Counted from the first letter of the stretch, positions 1 through 10,384 are shown. The stretch is DNA of 64,000 bases from Spirochaetota bacterium (GCA_963663865.1 OY760686.1:2144001-2208000); one strand, 5' to 3'. Made by a program: numbers and translations. Notes: generated by a model not told the origin, from the sequence alone.

Positions 1-887
1 ACCCAGCCGCCCATCGTTTTATCATAGATTTCAAGATTGACCCTGATAGTTTCATCGCTGTTCTTGATATAAAACTCTATCGGCACATTCAGCGCGTCTG
101 CCGAAGAGGACTTAACCAGAACAGTCCCCGTAAAGTTTCTGTCCTTTTCGCTCGGTTTGACCTTAATTATCATCTTCTCTTCGTCAAGGCCGCTGTTGGA
201 AATTCCCGGCAGGCCTGTAAGATCAACATTGTACCACACTACCACATCCGAAGGTTCGTCCTCACTGCCTGTAAAATGCATCTCTTCAACGGAAAGGTCT
301 GGCTTTTTTATATAATCGCTTGCCACAAAAATAACATTCTCATTGTCAAGCCTGTCTTTAAATTTTCGATAGACAGTGTATGCGTCAATTTCAGCGTCCT
401 CATTTTTGTTGACCTCAGCAAGAACGTAGAAGTAGCCGGTCTTGTAGTCATTTGTAAGAGGATCGCGCGAATCCTCAACTGGAACATTTATCACAATGCC
501 GTACGTGTCAGTCCCGGAATTAAGCCTGGTTACTGTGGTACTGTCTGTCCTGTCACAGTAATATATGCGCATATCACTGGCGAAACCGATACCGTTCTCA
601 TATTCCTCAACATCGTCAACATTTAGCAGATAGACCTGCAGTGGAACATTTTCCTCTTCATAATCAGCTGTAATTGTAACATTCACGGGCAGGTCATGGC
701 CAATATATACCTTCTTAACGCTGTCTCCTCCAGTCATGACCCTGTCAACCGGAGGTTCAATCGTTGTGATTTCATAGGTGTTGTATGCCACTGGACTGTC
801 ATCAACGCATCCCGCCGCGGGAAAAAACACGAGGACTGTTAACAGCGCTGCTGATGACGCTGCCGTCTTAATCATTCTCATTCTCAT
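1..887 (-). CDS. Acidic lipoprotein with possible CARDB/Ig-like domain (partial, runs off the window start)
   Basis: Not in the ORF track. ATG at 887-885 overlaps the TGA of the upstream gene. The frame is open to the window edge: MRMRMIKTAASSAALLTVLVFFPAAG-CVDD (lipobox-like), later KPDLSVEEMHF. Confidence 0.75.
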   Translation of the reverse strand, partial: MRMRMIKTAASSAALLTVLVFFPAAGCVDDSPVAYNTYEITTIEPPVDRVMTGGDSVKKVYIGHDLPVNVTITADYEEENVPLQVYLLNVDDVEEYENGIGFASDMRIYYCDRTDSTTVTRLNSGTDTYGIVINVPVEDSRDPLTNDYKTGYFYVLAEVNKNEDAEIDAYTVYRKFKDRLDNENVIFVASDYIKKPDLSVEEMHFTGSEDEPSDVVVWYNVDLTGLPGISNSGLDEEKMIIKVKPSEKDRNFTGTVLVKSSSADALNVPIEFYIKNSDETIRVNLEIYDKTMGGW

Positions 888-2905
888 CACATGGCCTCCG
901 CGAACATGGATATATAGTATTCAGCCGCGTCCTTGTGCCAGCCGAAGGGGTTATTCACGAAGTACTCCTTTACACCCTCAACGTATTCTCCGTAGGTGTC
1001 GTAATCCGCGTCTGCGGCTGAAACGCTGTCTTTTTTAATGGATATCCACAGGGGGTCCGGTGTGAAGTCCTCGGTGTCCGGCCCGTAGGTCATATAATAG
1101 CTCTTCCTGAAGACAGACTTTAAATACGCCGTCAGGTTTTCATTTTCAAACGCCGGCGACGCCACCTGTACTGCTCTGACTCTGACGGTCTGAATATCGG
1201 CCGGCTGAATCTCGGCGCGGTATGGATAATAGCTCCCTTCTAACGCCCCTCCGGCGAGCAGCCCGAGTCTGTAAGGGGAAGGCATATCGCCTTCAAACAG
1301 CGCCGGAACGATCTCACATCCGGCAAGGCTGGAAAGCGCCCAGGTATCGTGCGAATAAAACCTGTCATAGGGTGTCCCGCTGACAACGAATGCCGCATCG
1401 TATTCACCTGAAGCTACCTTGAGGGCCGCGTCCGCGGCGGAGTCGAACGAGTAGCTCATGTTTTCATTTACTGTTGTGTATGAGCGGATTATTTTCATAG
1501 CCGTCATGAAGGAACCAGAAGTCTTTGGGCCGACGTTTATTCTCGATCCGGCAGCCAGAAGGTCTGGAAGCAAAACACCTCCTGCCGAAAGGAGATGCAC
1601 GTACTCATAGTGAAGAGGGACAAGCTTTTTCATAGATGCTATCATTATGCTGTCAAACATATCAGAGGAACTCTTCAGGTAATTAAAAACATCGTCCTGA
1701 ACAAGCGCCATTCTTCCCTCGCCTCTCATTAAACGGTAGGCGTTTTCCCAGGTTCCGGTTGTGTTTACCTCTTTAAGCCCCACCCCGGTGTTCAGGGTCA
1801 TCAAATAATCAAGCTCTGTGTACATGTCGTGATATGAGCTTATCTCATAGTCAGTGAAAAAGTTGTCATCAACATTGACAGGTTCAAGCTCGGGATAGCC
1901 CGTCATTCTGCAAAGAGCTCTAAAATTCATCTTCTCAGGATTTCTTATAATGTAATCAACCGTCAAAGATGCCGTCAACTCATCCCATTTGCTGTTAATG
2001 GAACCGAACTCCTCAGCGTGTTCAAACAGGTAGTCAATAAAAATGTCAACGTTTGTGTCGTCAAAAGCGGGGCCTGCAACCAGCAGGGTTCTTACTGAGA
2101 TATTGCCGCTGATATCGTTTTCCTGGAACGGATAATCTCCGGCGAAGATTGTTCCTGTTTCACTGTAGCTCTTATTCCCGTCCGGCATACTGACCTTAAT
2201 CAGCTTTACGTCCGCCCCCGAGGGTATTGACTTAAAAACCTCCGAACCGGCCTCTGTCACAAAGAAGGCCGCGTCGCAGGCGCCGTCAAGAACGGCCTGC
2301 ACTCCGTCAGCCGGTTCCCTGTTCTGTTCCACACATGCCGCACCATAAGCATTGAGAATATTCCTGGAGGTAACGTACGTACCCGAGTCTTCCGGCCCGA
2401 TATTGACCCGGTGGGTTCCTGTAATATCCTCGAGTGAACCGATGCCAGATGAACCGCTGACCAGAAGATGAACCGTCTCCGTATAAAGGGACATTATTAC
2501 TTCTGTGGATGAGACTGCCCTGAGATAGTCTGTTTTTACACTGTCAGGATCGGCTTCATAATCTTCCTGACATTCCCTCTGAAGATAGTCGTAAACATCC
2601 TCCTGTACAAGGGCCATATAAGCGTCACCATGATATGTGTCGCCGCTTACAAGCCTTAGCGCGTTATCAAGAGAGCCGGCTGTAGCTCTGTTTTGCATAA
2701 AAATGCCCAGTGTCTCTGACGCGGAATTGACCAGACCTTGAGCGTAAGCATAAGAGCTGCTGCCTTCCGGCCCGCCCGCGAATATGTACTCGCCGATCGG
2801 ACGGCCCTGTTCGTCCTCAAGCGCTCTATCATCAATCAACTCGCATGAAAGAATGGAGCACATCAGACCTATTATCAGAAACGTCCTGGTATTTACGCAC
2901 CTCAT
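887..2905 (-). CDS. Lipoprotein with two tandem TAXI-family (TRAP-associated) solute-binding domains
   Basis: Lipobox ILSC. TAXI motifs occur twice: TAGSLDN/TTGTWEN, MALVQEDV/MALVQDDV, LYTETVHLL/LHYEYVHLL, RVNIGPEDSGT/RINVGPKTSGS, DAAFFV/DAAFVV. Confidence 0.8.
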   Translation of the reverse strand: MRCVNTRTFLIIGLMCSILSCELIDDRALEDEQGRPIGEYIFAGGPEGSSSYAYAQGLVNSASETLGIFMQNRATAGSLDNALRLVSGDTYHGDAYMALVQEDVYDYLQRECQEDYEADPDSVKTDYLRAVSSTEVIMSLYTETVHLLVSGSSGIGSLEDITGTHRVNIGPEDSGTYVTSRNILNAYGAACVEQNREPADGVQAVLDGACDAAFFVTEAGSEVFKSIPSGADVKLIKVSMPDGNKSYSETGTIFAGDYPFQENDISGNISVRTLLVAGPAFDDTNVDIFIDYLFEHAEEFGSINSKWDELTASLTVDYIIRNPEKMNFRALCRMTGYPELEPVNVDDNFFTDYEISSYHDMYTELDYLMTLNTGVGLKEVNTTGTWENAYRLMRGEGRMALVQDDVFNYLKSSSDMFDSIMIASMKKLVPLHYEYVHLLSAGGVLLPDLLAAGSRINVGPKTSGSFMTAMKIIRSYTTVNENMSYSFDSAADAALKVASGEYDAAFVVSGTPYDRFYSHDTWALSSLAGCEIVPALFEGDMPSPYRLGLLAGGALEGSYYPYRAEIQPADIQTVRVRAVQVASPAFENENLTAYLKSVFRKSYYMTYGPDTEDFTPDPLWISIKKDSVSAADADYDTYGEYVEGVKEYFVNNPFGWHKDAAEYYISMFAEAM

Positions 2906-2940
2906 TTCCTACCTCTCAATGACCGGTATTATTAACAGGC

Positions 2941-2968
2941 CGCATTGTTCCAGTTTTGGAACAATGCG
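2941..2968. repeat. Perfect 12-bp inverted repeat upstream of the tandem-TAXI gene
   Basis: cgcattgttcca-gttt-tggaacaatgcg; no U-tract on either strand. Confidence 0.8.
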
Positions 2969-3082
2969 CCTTATACTAAGGGAAATCTCCGGTTCTGACA
3001 GGAGCAATATTCCTTTAAAGAGCACAAGTCAAGCTATAAATGTTTATCTACATGAAGGATATGCTAATTTGCAGACACTGAG

Positions 3083-4267
3083 TTAATACTTATACACATC
3101 TCGCCGGTATTTAATCAGTTCAACTATATTCTCAAGCATGTTTTTATCGTGTTCGAAGCTGAAAATGATGTATCCACGCATGCCCGCGCTGTAGGCCGCG
3201 CTAATCTGCCTGATTGCGGTCTTCAGTTCCGTTGTTTCCTTGACCCTGACGCCCATAATTATCCTGCGGGAGCGTCCCGTAGACCTGGCTGCCTCAATAA
3301 ATTCCTCGTACTCAGCCATGTTGCCTGTATAACTCATAACACAGGCCATGTCTATAATGCCTTCATCGAGCCATGCGGGCCAGTCCTGAAAGTACACCTT
3401 GCGGCCGGCGCTGTAGCGGGGCATTACCGCGGCTGAGAGTACAAGTTCCGGATCAACAGATTTCACTGCCGAGCGTATCCGTCTGACCATATCGGTAACA
3501 TTCTCCCTTCGAAATTCGTCAAAGCTTTCCTTTTCCGACTTATCGCCGCCTCGTCTCCGCGACGTCGGATCATAACCATACCTGTTTATGAAAAGCTTAA
3601 CCGCACCGGGATTGTATCCGAAATCGCTCAAATCCTTTTTATAGTATGCGTTGTAACCGGAATAGGGATACCTGATAAAGTCCAGGTGAACACCGTCCAC
3701 TCTGTATCTGGTAACAATATCCCTTACTACTGAGGCGGTGTACTCCCGGACCTCCGGCAGCCCGGGATCAAGAAAGATGCCCTCGACAAGATTATCCTGC
3801 ATCTCCTTTCTCGTGTATTCCGTAATCGGCCTGCCCGCATGATCGTATGTTATCCATTTCGGATATCGGGCAACAACATGCCCCTCAGTGGGCGGATAGT
3901 CCTCAATGTCGAGGACATAGCTGACATTGACCCACGCGTGAACCCTGACGTTTAGGGATGATGTTTTTTCAATAAGACAAGCAAGAGGATCAAATCCCTT
4001 TTTAACTCCCTTTCCAGAGGGCTCTATATCCGAGCTGTAATAGGCATCTCCCCGGCCCCGCACCTGCACAAAGACCTGTGTAATCTCTGAATCTTCGATG
4101 ATATCAACCAGGTCCCTTACCTTTGAAGGAGTGGCTATACTGTCTCTTACAACCCACAGAGCTCCGTAAAAACCTCTGTTGACCTCAAGAGGCTTGATGT
4201 CCCGCGCACAGGCGGATAAAATCAGAAGAAAGGCGGCCGTGAAAGCCGCCAATAATTTACCAGTCAT
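3083..4267 (-). CDS. Glycosyl hydrolase-like 10 (YddW/DigH family) lipoprotein
   Basis: Lipobox LSAC; VFVQVRGRGDAYY, FDPL, VHAW, LDPGLPEVR, DGVHLDFIRYP, QDWPAWL. Confidence 0.85.
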   Translation of the reverse strand: MTGKLLAAFTAAFLLILSACARDIKPLEVNRGFYGALWVVRDSIATPSKVRDLVDIIEDSEITQVFVQVRGRGDAYYSSDIEPSGKGVKKGFDPLACLIEKTSSLNVRVHAWVNVSYVLDIEDYPPTEGHVVARYPKWITYDHAGRPITEYTRKEMQDNLVEGIFLDPGLPEVREYTASVVRDIVTRYRVDGVHLDFIRYPYSGYNAYYKKDLSDFGYNPGAVKLFINRYGYDPTSRRRGGDKSEKESFDEFRRENVTDMVRRIRSAVKSVDPELVLSAAVMPRYSAGRKVYFQDWPAWLDEGIIDMACVMSYTGNMAEYEEFIEAARSTGRSRRIIMGVRVKETTELKTAIRQISAAYSAGMRGYIIFSFEHDKNMLENIVELIKYRRDVYKY

Positions 4268-4338
4268 AAAACTCCCTGTTTCGTAAACTTTTTGTATTGT
4301 ATTTTCGGTCTGTTATCCTGAACACTGAAAGCCGCGCG

Positions 4339-6267
4339 TCACCTGAACATTATCTCCGTTCTTCGGTTTTTACCTCTGTTCTCAGGGCTCGTATTGGGCA
4401 CAAGGGGCTTTTCCTCCCCGTATCCGGCAGACTTGATTCTTTCAGGGCTTATCCCGTTCTTTACAAGAAATTCAGCAACCGAATCAGCCCTTCTTTCAGA
4501 GAGCCTCTGATTATAGTCCGAATCGCCTATATCGTCGGTGTGACCGCTGACCTCAATTTTCAGGCCTTGATCCCTCTTCATAATATCGGCAAGCCTCGAA
4601 AGTACCGGAAGCGATTCCTTCTTTAAATAAGATTTGCCGAACTCAAATAGAATATCCGGAACAACATAGCTTTTATCCCTCTGAATTCTGCGGAGCGTAA
4701 TCTCAGCGCCCTGCTGGCCGGCTGAGATCGAAGCCGTTCCCGGAAGATAACCGTCAGCTTCGGCCGTTATCGTTACACCTTCGCCTGCGGGAACTTTTAT
4801 CCTGCCATTGACCACAGGCCCTCTCGAACGGTAGAGCTCGCGCCCTCCGGAATCCAGCTTTACGACCTCAGCCCCGCCGCTTATCGCGCGGCCGGATTCA
4901 TCTTTAAGCTTAAGGCTAAACTCCCGCAAGGGCTGACCGTCCCCCTGCGGATCAGCGCCGCTGCCGTCTGCGGCTCCATCCCCCCCCTGATTACCAGGCT
5001 TAGCCACAGTATCAGTGAGCTTCTCCGGGTCCTTGCCCCTTACAGAGCTGCCGCCCTCTACAATTCGCGGATATGACTTCGCGCCGATCGCGTAGATATA
5101 GTTGCCGGCCGGAAGAAACAGAATTCCACCTGAAGCCGCCGGCTGGGAGACCGCGCCGGGAAACGGAGTCTGAAAGCTCCACAGCTCTCCGCCGGTCGAG
5201 AAATTTACCGAGCGGACATTACCATACGGAAGTTTCTCGCCTTTATAGCTGTTATAGGCAATGTAGAGCTGGTCCCTGACCGTCACGAAATGAGGAGAGG
5301 ACTTTTCAGCCGCCTCGATCTCCTTCAAAACAGAGCCGTCGGCCGGATCAATTACGAGTATTAGCCTGTTGTCAACGGCCGCGATTACAGCCCTGTCAGT
5401 GTAGCCCGGCACCGAGCTTATTATGCCGCCGTAATTCTTCGACCAGACCGTTTCTCCAGTCTTAATATCAAGGCTGTAAAGGGATTCTCCGACCGGCATA
5501 AATACGGATCTTTTATAGACCACCGGCGGATAGATAACGAGAGGTTTAGGCAGCCTTCTCTTCCACAAAGCGCTCCCGGTAGACGCGTCAAGAAGAACCG
5601 CCTCATAAATGCCGGTTCTGTAATCCATTGACTGTGTGATAACAAAGCTGTCATAGTATGTCGGAAAGGCCGAATAGCTGCTCACAGACTGGTTCATCCA
5701 GTTTTCGGCCCCGTTAGCGGTCTTCCTCGAGACAAGGGCGTTTCGCGTGCCGTACACAATCTCGTCCGACACGATTATCGGATCGGAGTAAATCCCGTTG
5801 CTCGGCATTCCCCTGACCGCGGGGGCGCCCGCCAGGCCAGTTCTTGCCCAGAGAACCCTGCCTGTGTGCTTGTTTATACAGTATACGGCAATGGGATCGG
5901 TAATGTAGAGGTAGTTTCCCTTCACCAGCGGATACTTTACCTTGCCGGCTCCATGGTGGATGTGCCTGAACGGAGCTGACGTCTCTTTCATGGATATCTT
6001 CCATTTGAACCGGCCCGTCTCCTCGCTCAGGCAGTAGACATGCCCGGTGTGATCAACAAAGAAGACGAGGCCGTCTGAAACCACCGGATTGTAGACCCTC
6101 GCGTCAGCCTGATAAAGCCATTTCAGGTTCGAATTGGGAACCACAATCTCGTCATTGTTGCCAGTGAAATAGATATTGCCTTTGTAGATGGGCCAGTCGG
6201 TTGAAGCATAAACGTGCATATTTACTAACAATACTGCAAAGGCCGCTGCGCGCAGGAATTGTTTCAT
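4339..6267 (-). CDS. PQQ-like beta-propeller repeat protein with C-terminal OmpA-like peptidoglycan-binding domain
   Basis: Signal peptide; repeated TGxxxW propeller motifs; C-terminal ILFEFGKS, GHTD..G...YNQRLSERRA and KNRRTEI. Start chosen at ATG 6267 behind GGAG. Confidence 0.85.
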   Translation of the reverse strand: MKQFLRAAAFAVLLVNMHVYASTDWPIYKGNIYFTGNNDEIVVPNSNLKWLYQADARVYNPVVSDGLVFFVDHTGHVYCLSEETGRFKWKISMKETSAPFRHIHHGAGKVKYPLVKGNYLYITDPIAVYCINKHTGRVLWARTGLAGAPAVRGMPSNGIYSDPIIVSDEIVYGTRNALVSRKTANGAENWMNQSVSSYSAFPTYYDSFVITQSMDYRTGIYEAVLLDASTGSALWKRRLPKPLVIYPPVVYKRSVFMPVGESLYSLDIKTGETVWSKNYGGIISSVPGYTDRAVIAAVDNRLILVIDPADGSVLKEIEAAEKSSPHFVTVRDQLYIAYNSYKGEKLPYGNVRSVNFSTGGELWSFQTPFPGAVSQPAASGGILFLPAGNYIYAIGAKSYPRIVEGGSSVRGKDPEKLTDTVAKPGNQGGDGAADGSGADPQGDGQPLREFSLKLKDESGRAISGGAEVVKLDSGGRELYRSRGPVVNGRIKVPAGEGVTITAEADGYLPGTASISAGQQGAEITLRRIQRDKSYVVPDILFEFGKSYLKKESLPVLSRLADIMKRDQGLKIEVSGHTDDIGDSDYNQRLSERRADSVAEFLVKNGISPERIKSAGYGEEKPLVPNTSPENRGKNRRTEIMFR

Positions 6268-6311
6268 GACAGTCTCCAAAATCGGGATTCCGCAAGACTA
6301 CATTATTCATT

Positions 6312-7874
6312 TCACCAGTCAATCGGGAAATAATCCTTCAAGAACTTGCCGCACCAGTGTTTCCCTGTATTAATTCCGTCAAAAATCGGATCACACACAC
6401 GGGCAGCCCCGTCAACGATATCAAGGGGAGGCTGAAAATCATGAACCTCCTGCTTAAACTTTGCCAGTTGAACCGGATCCTCGTCTGTGACCCACCCCGT
6501 ATCCACGGCGTTCATGTAAATGCCGTATTCAGCAAGATCAGCAGCCGCGGTATGAGTGAGCATATTGAGTGCCGCCTTTGCCATGTTCGTATGAGGATGA
6601 CGTGCAGCCTTTTTAAACCGGTGAAATTTCCCTTCCATAGCAGAAACATTGACGATGTGCTTCTTTCCCGTGTTGTCTCTCTTCATCATCGGCAGCAGCC
6701 TGTTGCACAAAACAAATGGCGCAATCGAATTTATGAGCTGTAATTCGATCATTTCCGCGGTTTGTATTTCACCGAGTTTGAGCCTCCAGCTGTTCACTGT
6801 TCTCAGATCGACCTGCTGCAAGTCCTGATCGAGTTTTCCCTCAGGAAATATTCCGGCAGGCATAAGGTTGTCCGACATGTAAGGGATCTGTGAAAGGCGG
6901 GCTGAATGGCTTAGTCCGGCCATGTATCTGTTTTCTGATTCAGATATTTTATCAGGCAAAGTTGAAACGCCCTCATTGAATGCAAGAGATGAATCCGACA
7001 GCCCTTTGAGGCAGGCCTGATGTTTATCAAGAAGCGCTCTGATATCCTGATTAAGATCGCTGAAAGGCCTGGTCTCATTCTGCATAAGGTGAGCGTAGAA
7101 TGCCGGGGGCCTCCTTACGGTTTGAGCGGCGTTGTTTATCAGGATGTCAAGCCTGTCAAAGCTTCTCTCCACATGATTGCAGAAAAGCTCAACGCTAGGA
7201 GTGTAACGCAGATCGAGTCCGTAAATATGAAGCCTGTCCTTCCATACAGCAAAATCCTTTTCTTTTGAATATCTCAGAGCGGAATCAACCGGAAAGCGCG
7301 TTGTAGCAAGAACCGTGGCACCTGCCCTTAACATCATCAGCGAGGCCTGATATCCGATTTTCAGCCTTGATCCGGTTATCAGTGCCACCTGCCCTGTCAG
7401 GTCCGCCGTCTGAAAGCGTTTACTGTAGTTCAGCCCTGCACAGGCCGGACACATACTGTCATAGAAATGATGCAGCTCCACAAACTCCGCCTTGCAGACA
7501 TAACAGTTTCGGGGAGATTTCAGCTTCATCACTTCTGAAGGCAATGCGCCCTGACTGCCGGACTCAGACGGTCCGGCAATTCTCTCAGGAGCTGAAAAAA
7601 CATCCGCCTGCCTCGCCAGACGTATGCCTGTTTTAGCCCTTGCCTTTCGCTCCATTTGCATTACTTGACTCTTTTTCTCTCTTAGAGCGGCCTTTTTCCT
7701 ATGTTTCAGCTGATGGCAGTCCGGTTTAGAAAGCCTGCCCGCTGCCTTCATTAGCTCTATCTGTGTTTCCCTGGGCAGCTCAGTAAATATTTCAGCATTT
7801 TCTGAAAGCTCGTGAAGCATGTTGATACAGGCGTCTACCTGTTCAACCGTTATCTTTTTCTGTCCTGATTTCAT
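6312..7874 (-). CDS. SDR-family oxidoreductase with N-terminal extension and CxxC...CxxC motif
   Basis: [46 protein letters not shown]; CYVC...CPAC. Confidence 0.85.
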   Translation of the reverse strand: MKSGQKKITVEQVDACINMLHELSENAEIFTELPRETQIELMKAAGRLSKPDCHQLKHRKKAALREKKSQVMQMERKARAKTGIRLARQADVFSAPERIAGPSESGSQGALPSEVMKLKSPRNCYVCKAEFVELHHFYDSMCPACAGLNYSKRFQTADLTGQVALITGSRLKIGYQASLMMLRAGATVLATTRFPVDSALRYSKEKDFAVWKDRLHIYGLDLRYTPSVELFCNHVERSFDRLDILINNAAQTVRRPPAFYAHLMQNETRPFSDLNQDIRALLDKHQACLKGLSDSSLAFNEGVSTLPDKISESENRYMAGLSHSARLSQIPYMSDNLMPAGIFPEGKLDQDLQQVDLRTVNSWRLKLGEIQTAEMIELQLINSIAPFVLCNRLLPMMKRDNTGKKHIVNVSAMEGKFHRFKKAARHPHTNMAKAALNMLTHTAAADLAEYGIYMNAVDTGWVTDEDPVQLAKFKQEVHDFQPPLDIVDGAARVCDPIFDGINTGKHWCGKFLKDYFPIDW

Positions 7875-8014
7875 ATAATTCCGTAAAATTTCAATTGTGC
7901 TCTCTTTTTAAACGAATAAATATAGCCACTTAAAAGCTTTTTTACGGGGTGTTTAATTGCAAGATAATTTCAATCGCAATCGGCGAACTTTTACCTGATT
8001 GCAAATTTTTTTTA

Positions 8015-8045
8015 TTGACATTTTTTACCTCTCAAAGCTTAATGT
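8015..8045 (+). promoter_or_regulatory. Putative sigma70 promoter of the 5S rRNA gene
   Basis: Perfect TTGACA at 8015-8020 preceded by an A/T tract; the -10 element is poorly defined (cttaat/taatgt). Confidence 0.5.
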
Positions 8046-8048
8046 AAT

Positions 8049-8166
<118 letters not shown>

Positions 8167-8294
8167 TTTTTAAAACCTTTCCTTGTTCTTATACATAAAC
8201 CCTTTAAAAAATACCTTCTAAATATTGACATTGAATCAGACAGCAATATATTTATGATTGTGCCCACTCTCAGTTTATGATAAGTGAGGATGCC

Positions 8295-9101
8295 ATGGCA
8301 ATTTTCAGCCCCCTTCCTGTTTCAATAGCAATTACACTTTCTCTCATATGGCAGAGCGGACCCGTCTTCAAAACACCAGAATCAGTTTTTTACTCAAAGT
8401 CACAGAACGTTTTATATGTCTCGAATATTAACGGCAGTCCAGCCGCCAGAGACGGAAACGGTTTCATATCCTGCATGTCTCTTCGCGGCAAAGCCATCAA
8501 AATGGACTGGGCTGTGGGCATGGACGCGCCCAAAGGGATGGGTTCTTTCGGAGACGACCTTTATGTAACCGATATCGAACGTCTTCACAGAGTGTCCTTA
8601 AAAACAGGTATCATTTTAAAGACCTGGAAGGTCGACGGTGCCAAGTCACTGAATGACATCGCGGTTGACCCTTCCGGTAAAATCTTTATAAGCGACAGGG
8701 AGACCTCAACTGTTTTTATGATGAAAAACGGCAAAATCTCGCTATGGCTTGACCTGAAAAATTACGGAAATGCAAATGGCCTTGCCGTCGAAAAGAGACG
8801 TCTTCTCATAGGAACTAATCAGGGCATTATCAGCGCAGACACAATCACGGGGAAACACCTGCTCCTCATCAAGCACAGCGGCGGCATTGACGGATTGAAG
8901 CCCCTGGGAGAGGGCAAGTACATTGTCACTGACTGGAAGGGCAAGACTGAGATTATCAGTGAAGACTCTGAATCACTCGTTCTTCTTGATACAACATCAT
9001 CTGGAATTAACGCCGCTGATATTGAGTACATTCCGGACATGAAAATGCTTTTCATTCCAGGCTTCATGGCAAACACCGTTTCCTGTTACAAAATCAATTG
9101 A
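8295..9101 (+). CDS. SMP-30/gluconolactonase-like beta-propeller protein
   Basis: FKTPESV, LYVSNING, DGNGFIS, APKGM, LNDIAVD, NGL, DGL, AADI. ATG 8295 behind GAGGA (the ORF track starts at 8277). Confidence 0.75.
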   Translation: MAIFSPLPVSIAITLSLIWQSGPVFKTPESVFYSKSQNVLYVSNINGSPAARDGNGFISCMSLRGKAIKMDWAVGMDAPKGMGSFGDDLYVTDIERLHRVSLKTGIILKTWKVDGAKSLNDIAVDPSGKIFISDRETSTVFMMKNGKISLWLDLKNYGNANGLAVEKRRLLIGTNQGIISADTITGKHLLLIKHSGGIDGLKPLGEGKYIVTDWKGKTEIISEDSESLVLLDTTSSGINAADIEYIPDMKMLFIPGFMANTVSCYKIN

Positions 9102-9274
9102 ACAGCTTCCTGCCCTCTTTGTGGACGATGTGTGCCGCCACTGAATAGCACTTATTGCGAGCAATAAGCCCTTACGGGCGGGCTGTACATTTTCCACTAA
9201 TTGCTCACTTTTTTCTTGCCCCCGAAGCATCTTTTAAGTATATTCCCGCGATTTAAACAGACGGGAGGAAGACG

Positions 9275-10324
9275 ATGAAACCTGAGATGTACACAATAAT
9301 AAAAAATTCATTAACCGCGCTATCGATTGCGGCCATGCTGACAGTCATTATAACAGCATGCGGCGGCGGCGCCTACACAGCCCCGGATAACGGCAACACA
9401 GCTGCTGACAGCAGCAGCCAGAGCGATTCAGTACTTGCCGGCAGCATTCCGGAGTACCATTACCCTGACAGTACTGGACCTCAGAGCGAGGAGTTACAGG
9501 GAGACATGACAGACGACGCAGTAACATCAGAGAACCAGGGCATTAATGATGACGAAGAAGAGCAGGACACCGCCGGAACTGATGAAGAAACCCTGCCAGA
9601 AGAAAGCGTCCCCGATGAACCCGGCGAGACAGTTCCCGAAGAGACAGCCGCAGAAATCTTCAGAGATGACTTTGACGGTCCGGTGCTTGACACCTCCGTG
9701 TGGCAGGCAGCAACGTGGATTGAGCATGGCGGTCAGACAGGGTCAGAGCGCTGTTACGTTGAAGATGGATATCTGCACATGATATTCAGGAACGACTCTG
9801 AATCGGGCTACCTCAACGCCTCTGTACAGACGCGGGATGAGTTCCTCTACGGCACGTGGAAGGCCCGGCTGAAGCCGTCTTCCACGGCAGGCGTTCTCAA
9901 CTCGATGTTCACCATTGACTGGGACGATATGGACAACAGCTCCTCAACAAGCGACGGAACGAAACAGGAGATTGACATTGAGTTTCTTACCGCGAGCTTT
10001 TCAGAAAACGCCGGAGAAGTCCACTATGCCGTACACGCGGAGGGCAAAAACAGCCATAACACAAACCCTGACATCCCGGTCAACTTCAACCCATCAGATG
10101 ATTTTCACATCTGGGGCTTTACCATCACCCCGGAGAAGATCGAGTGGTTCGTCGATGAAACAGTCCTTCACAGCTATGTCTACAGTGAAAACGATATTGC
10201 TGTTACAGGCTCGTACCAGCTCAAGTTCAACGTATGGACATGCGTTGACTGGGTCAACGGCCCGCCAGAGGCAGACGTGGACTGCGTGTATCTCATCGAC
10301 TGGGTCAGCTTCACGCCTCTTTAA
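9275..10324 (+). CDS. Glycoside hydrolase family 16 lipoprotein with long acidic linker
   Basis: Lipobox ITAC; D/E/P-rich linker; FRDDFDG, catalytic EIDIE, FHIWGF.I.PEKIEWFVD, IDWV; RBS GGAGG. Confidence 0.9.
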   Translation: MKPEMYTIIKNSLTALSIAAMLTVIITACGGGAYTAPDNGNTAADSSSQSDSVLAGSIPEYHYPDSTGPQSEELQGDMTDDAVTSENQGINDDEEEQDTAGTDEETLPEESVPDEPGETVPEETAAEIFRDDFDGPVLDTSVWQAATWIEHGGQTGSERCYVEDGYLHMIFRNDSESGYLNASVQTRDEFLYGTWKARLKPSSTAGVLNSMFTIDWDDMDNSSSTSDGTKQEIDIEFLTASFSENAGEVHYAVHAEGKNSHNTNPDIPVNFNPSDDFHIWGFTITPEKIEWFVDETVLHSYVYSENDIAVTGSYQLKFNVWTCVDWVNGPPEADVDCVYLIDWVSFTPL

Positions 10325-10355
10325 TATTAATCCAGACAGCCCCCTTCTCACTATT

Positions 10356-10384
10356 GGGCCCTCACATTGAGGGCTCTTTTTTTT
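10356..10384 (+). terminator. Intrinsic terminator
   Basis: gggccctca-cat-tgagggctc followed by T8. Confidence 0.85.

Noticed and set aside
9120-9180. Resemblance of gtggacgatgtgtgccg...acggg to guanidine-III or fluoride riboswitch cores
   Set aside because: The required pseudoknot pairing is not supported and the downstream GH16 gene does not fit those regulons. Kept only as an unassigned structured element.
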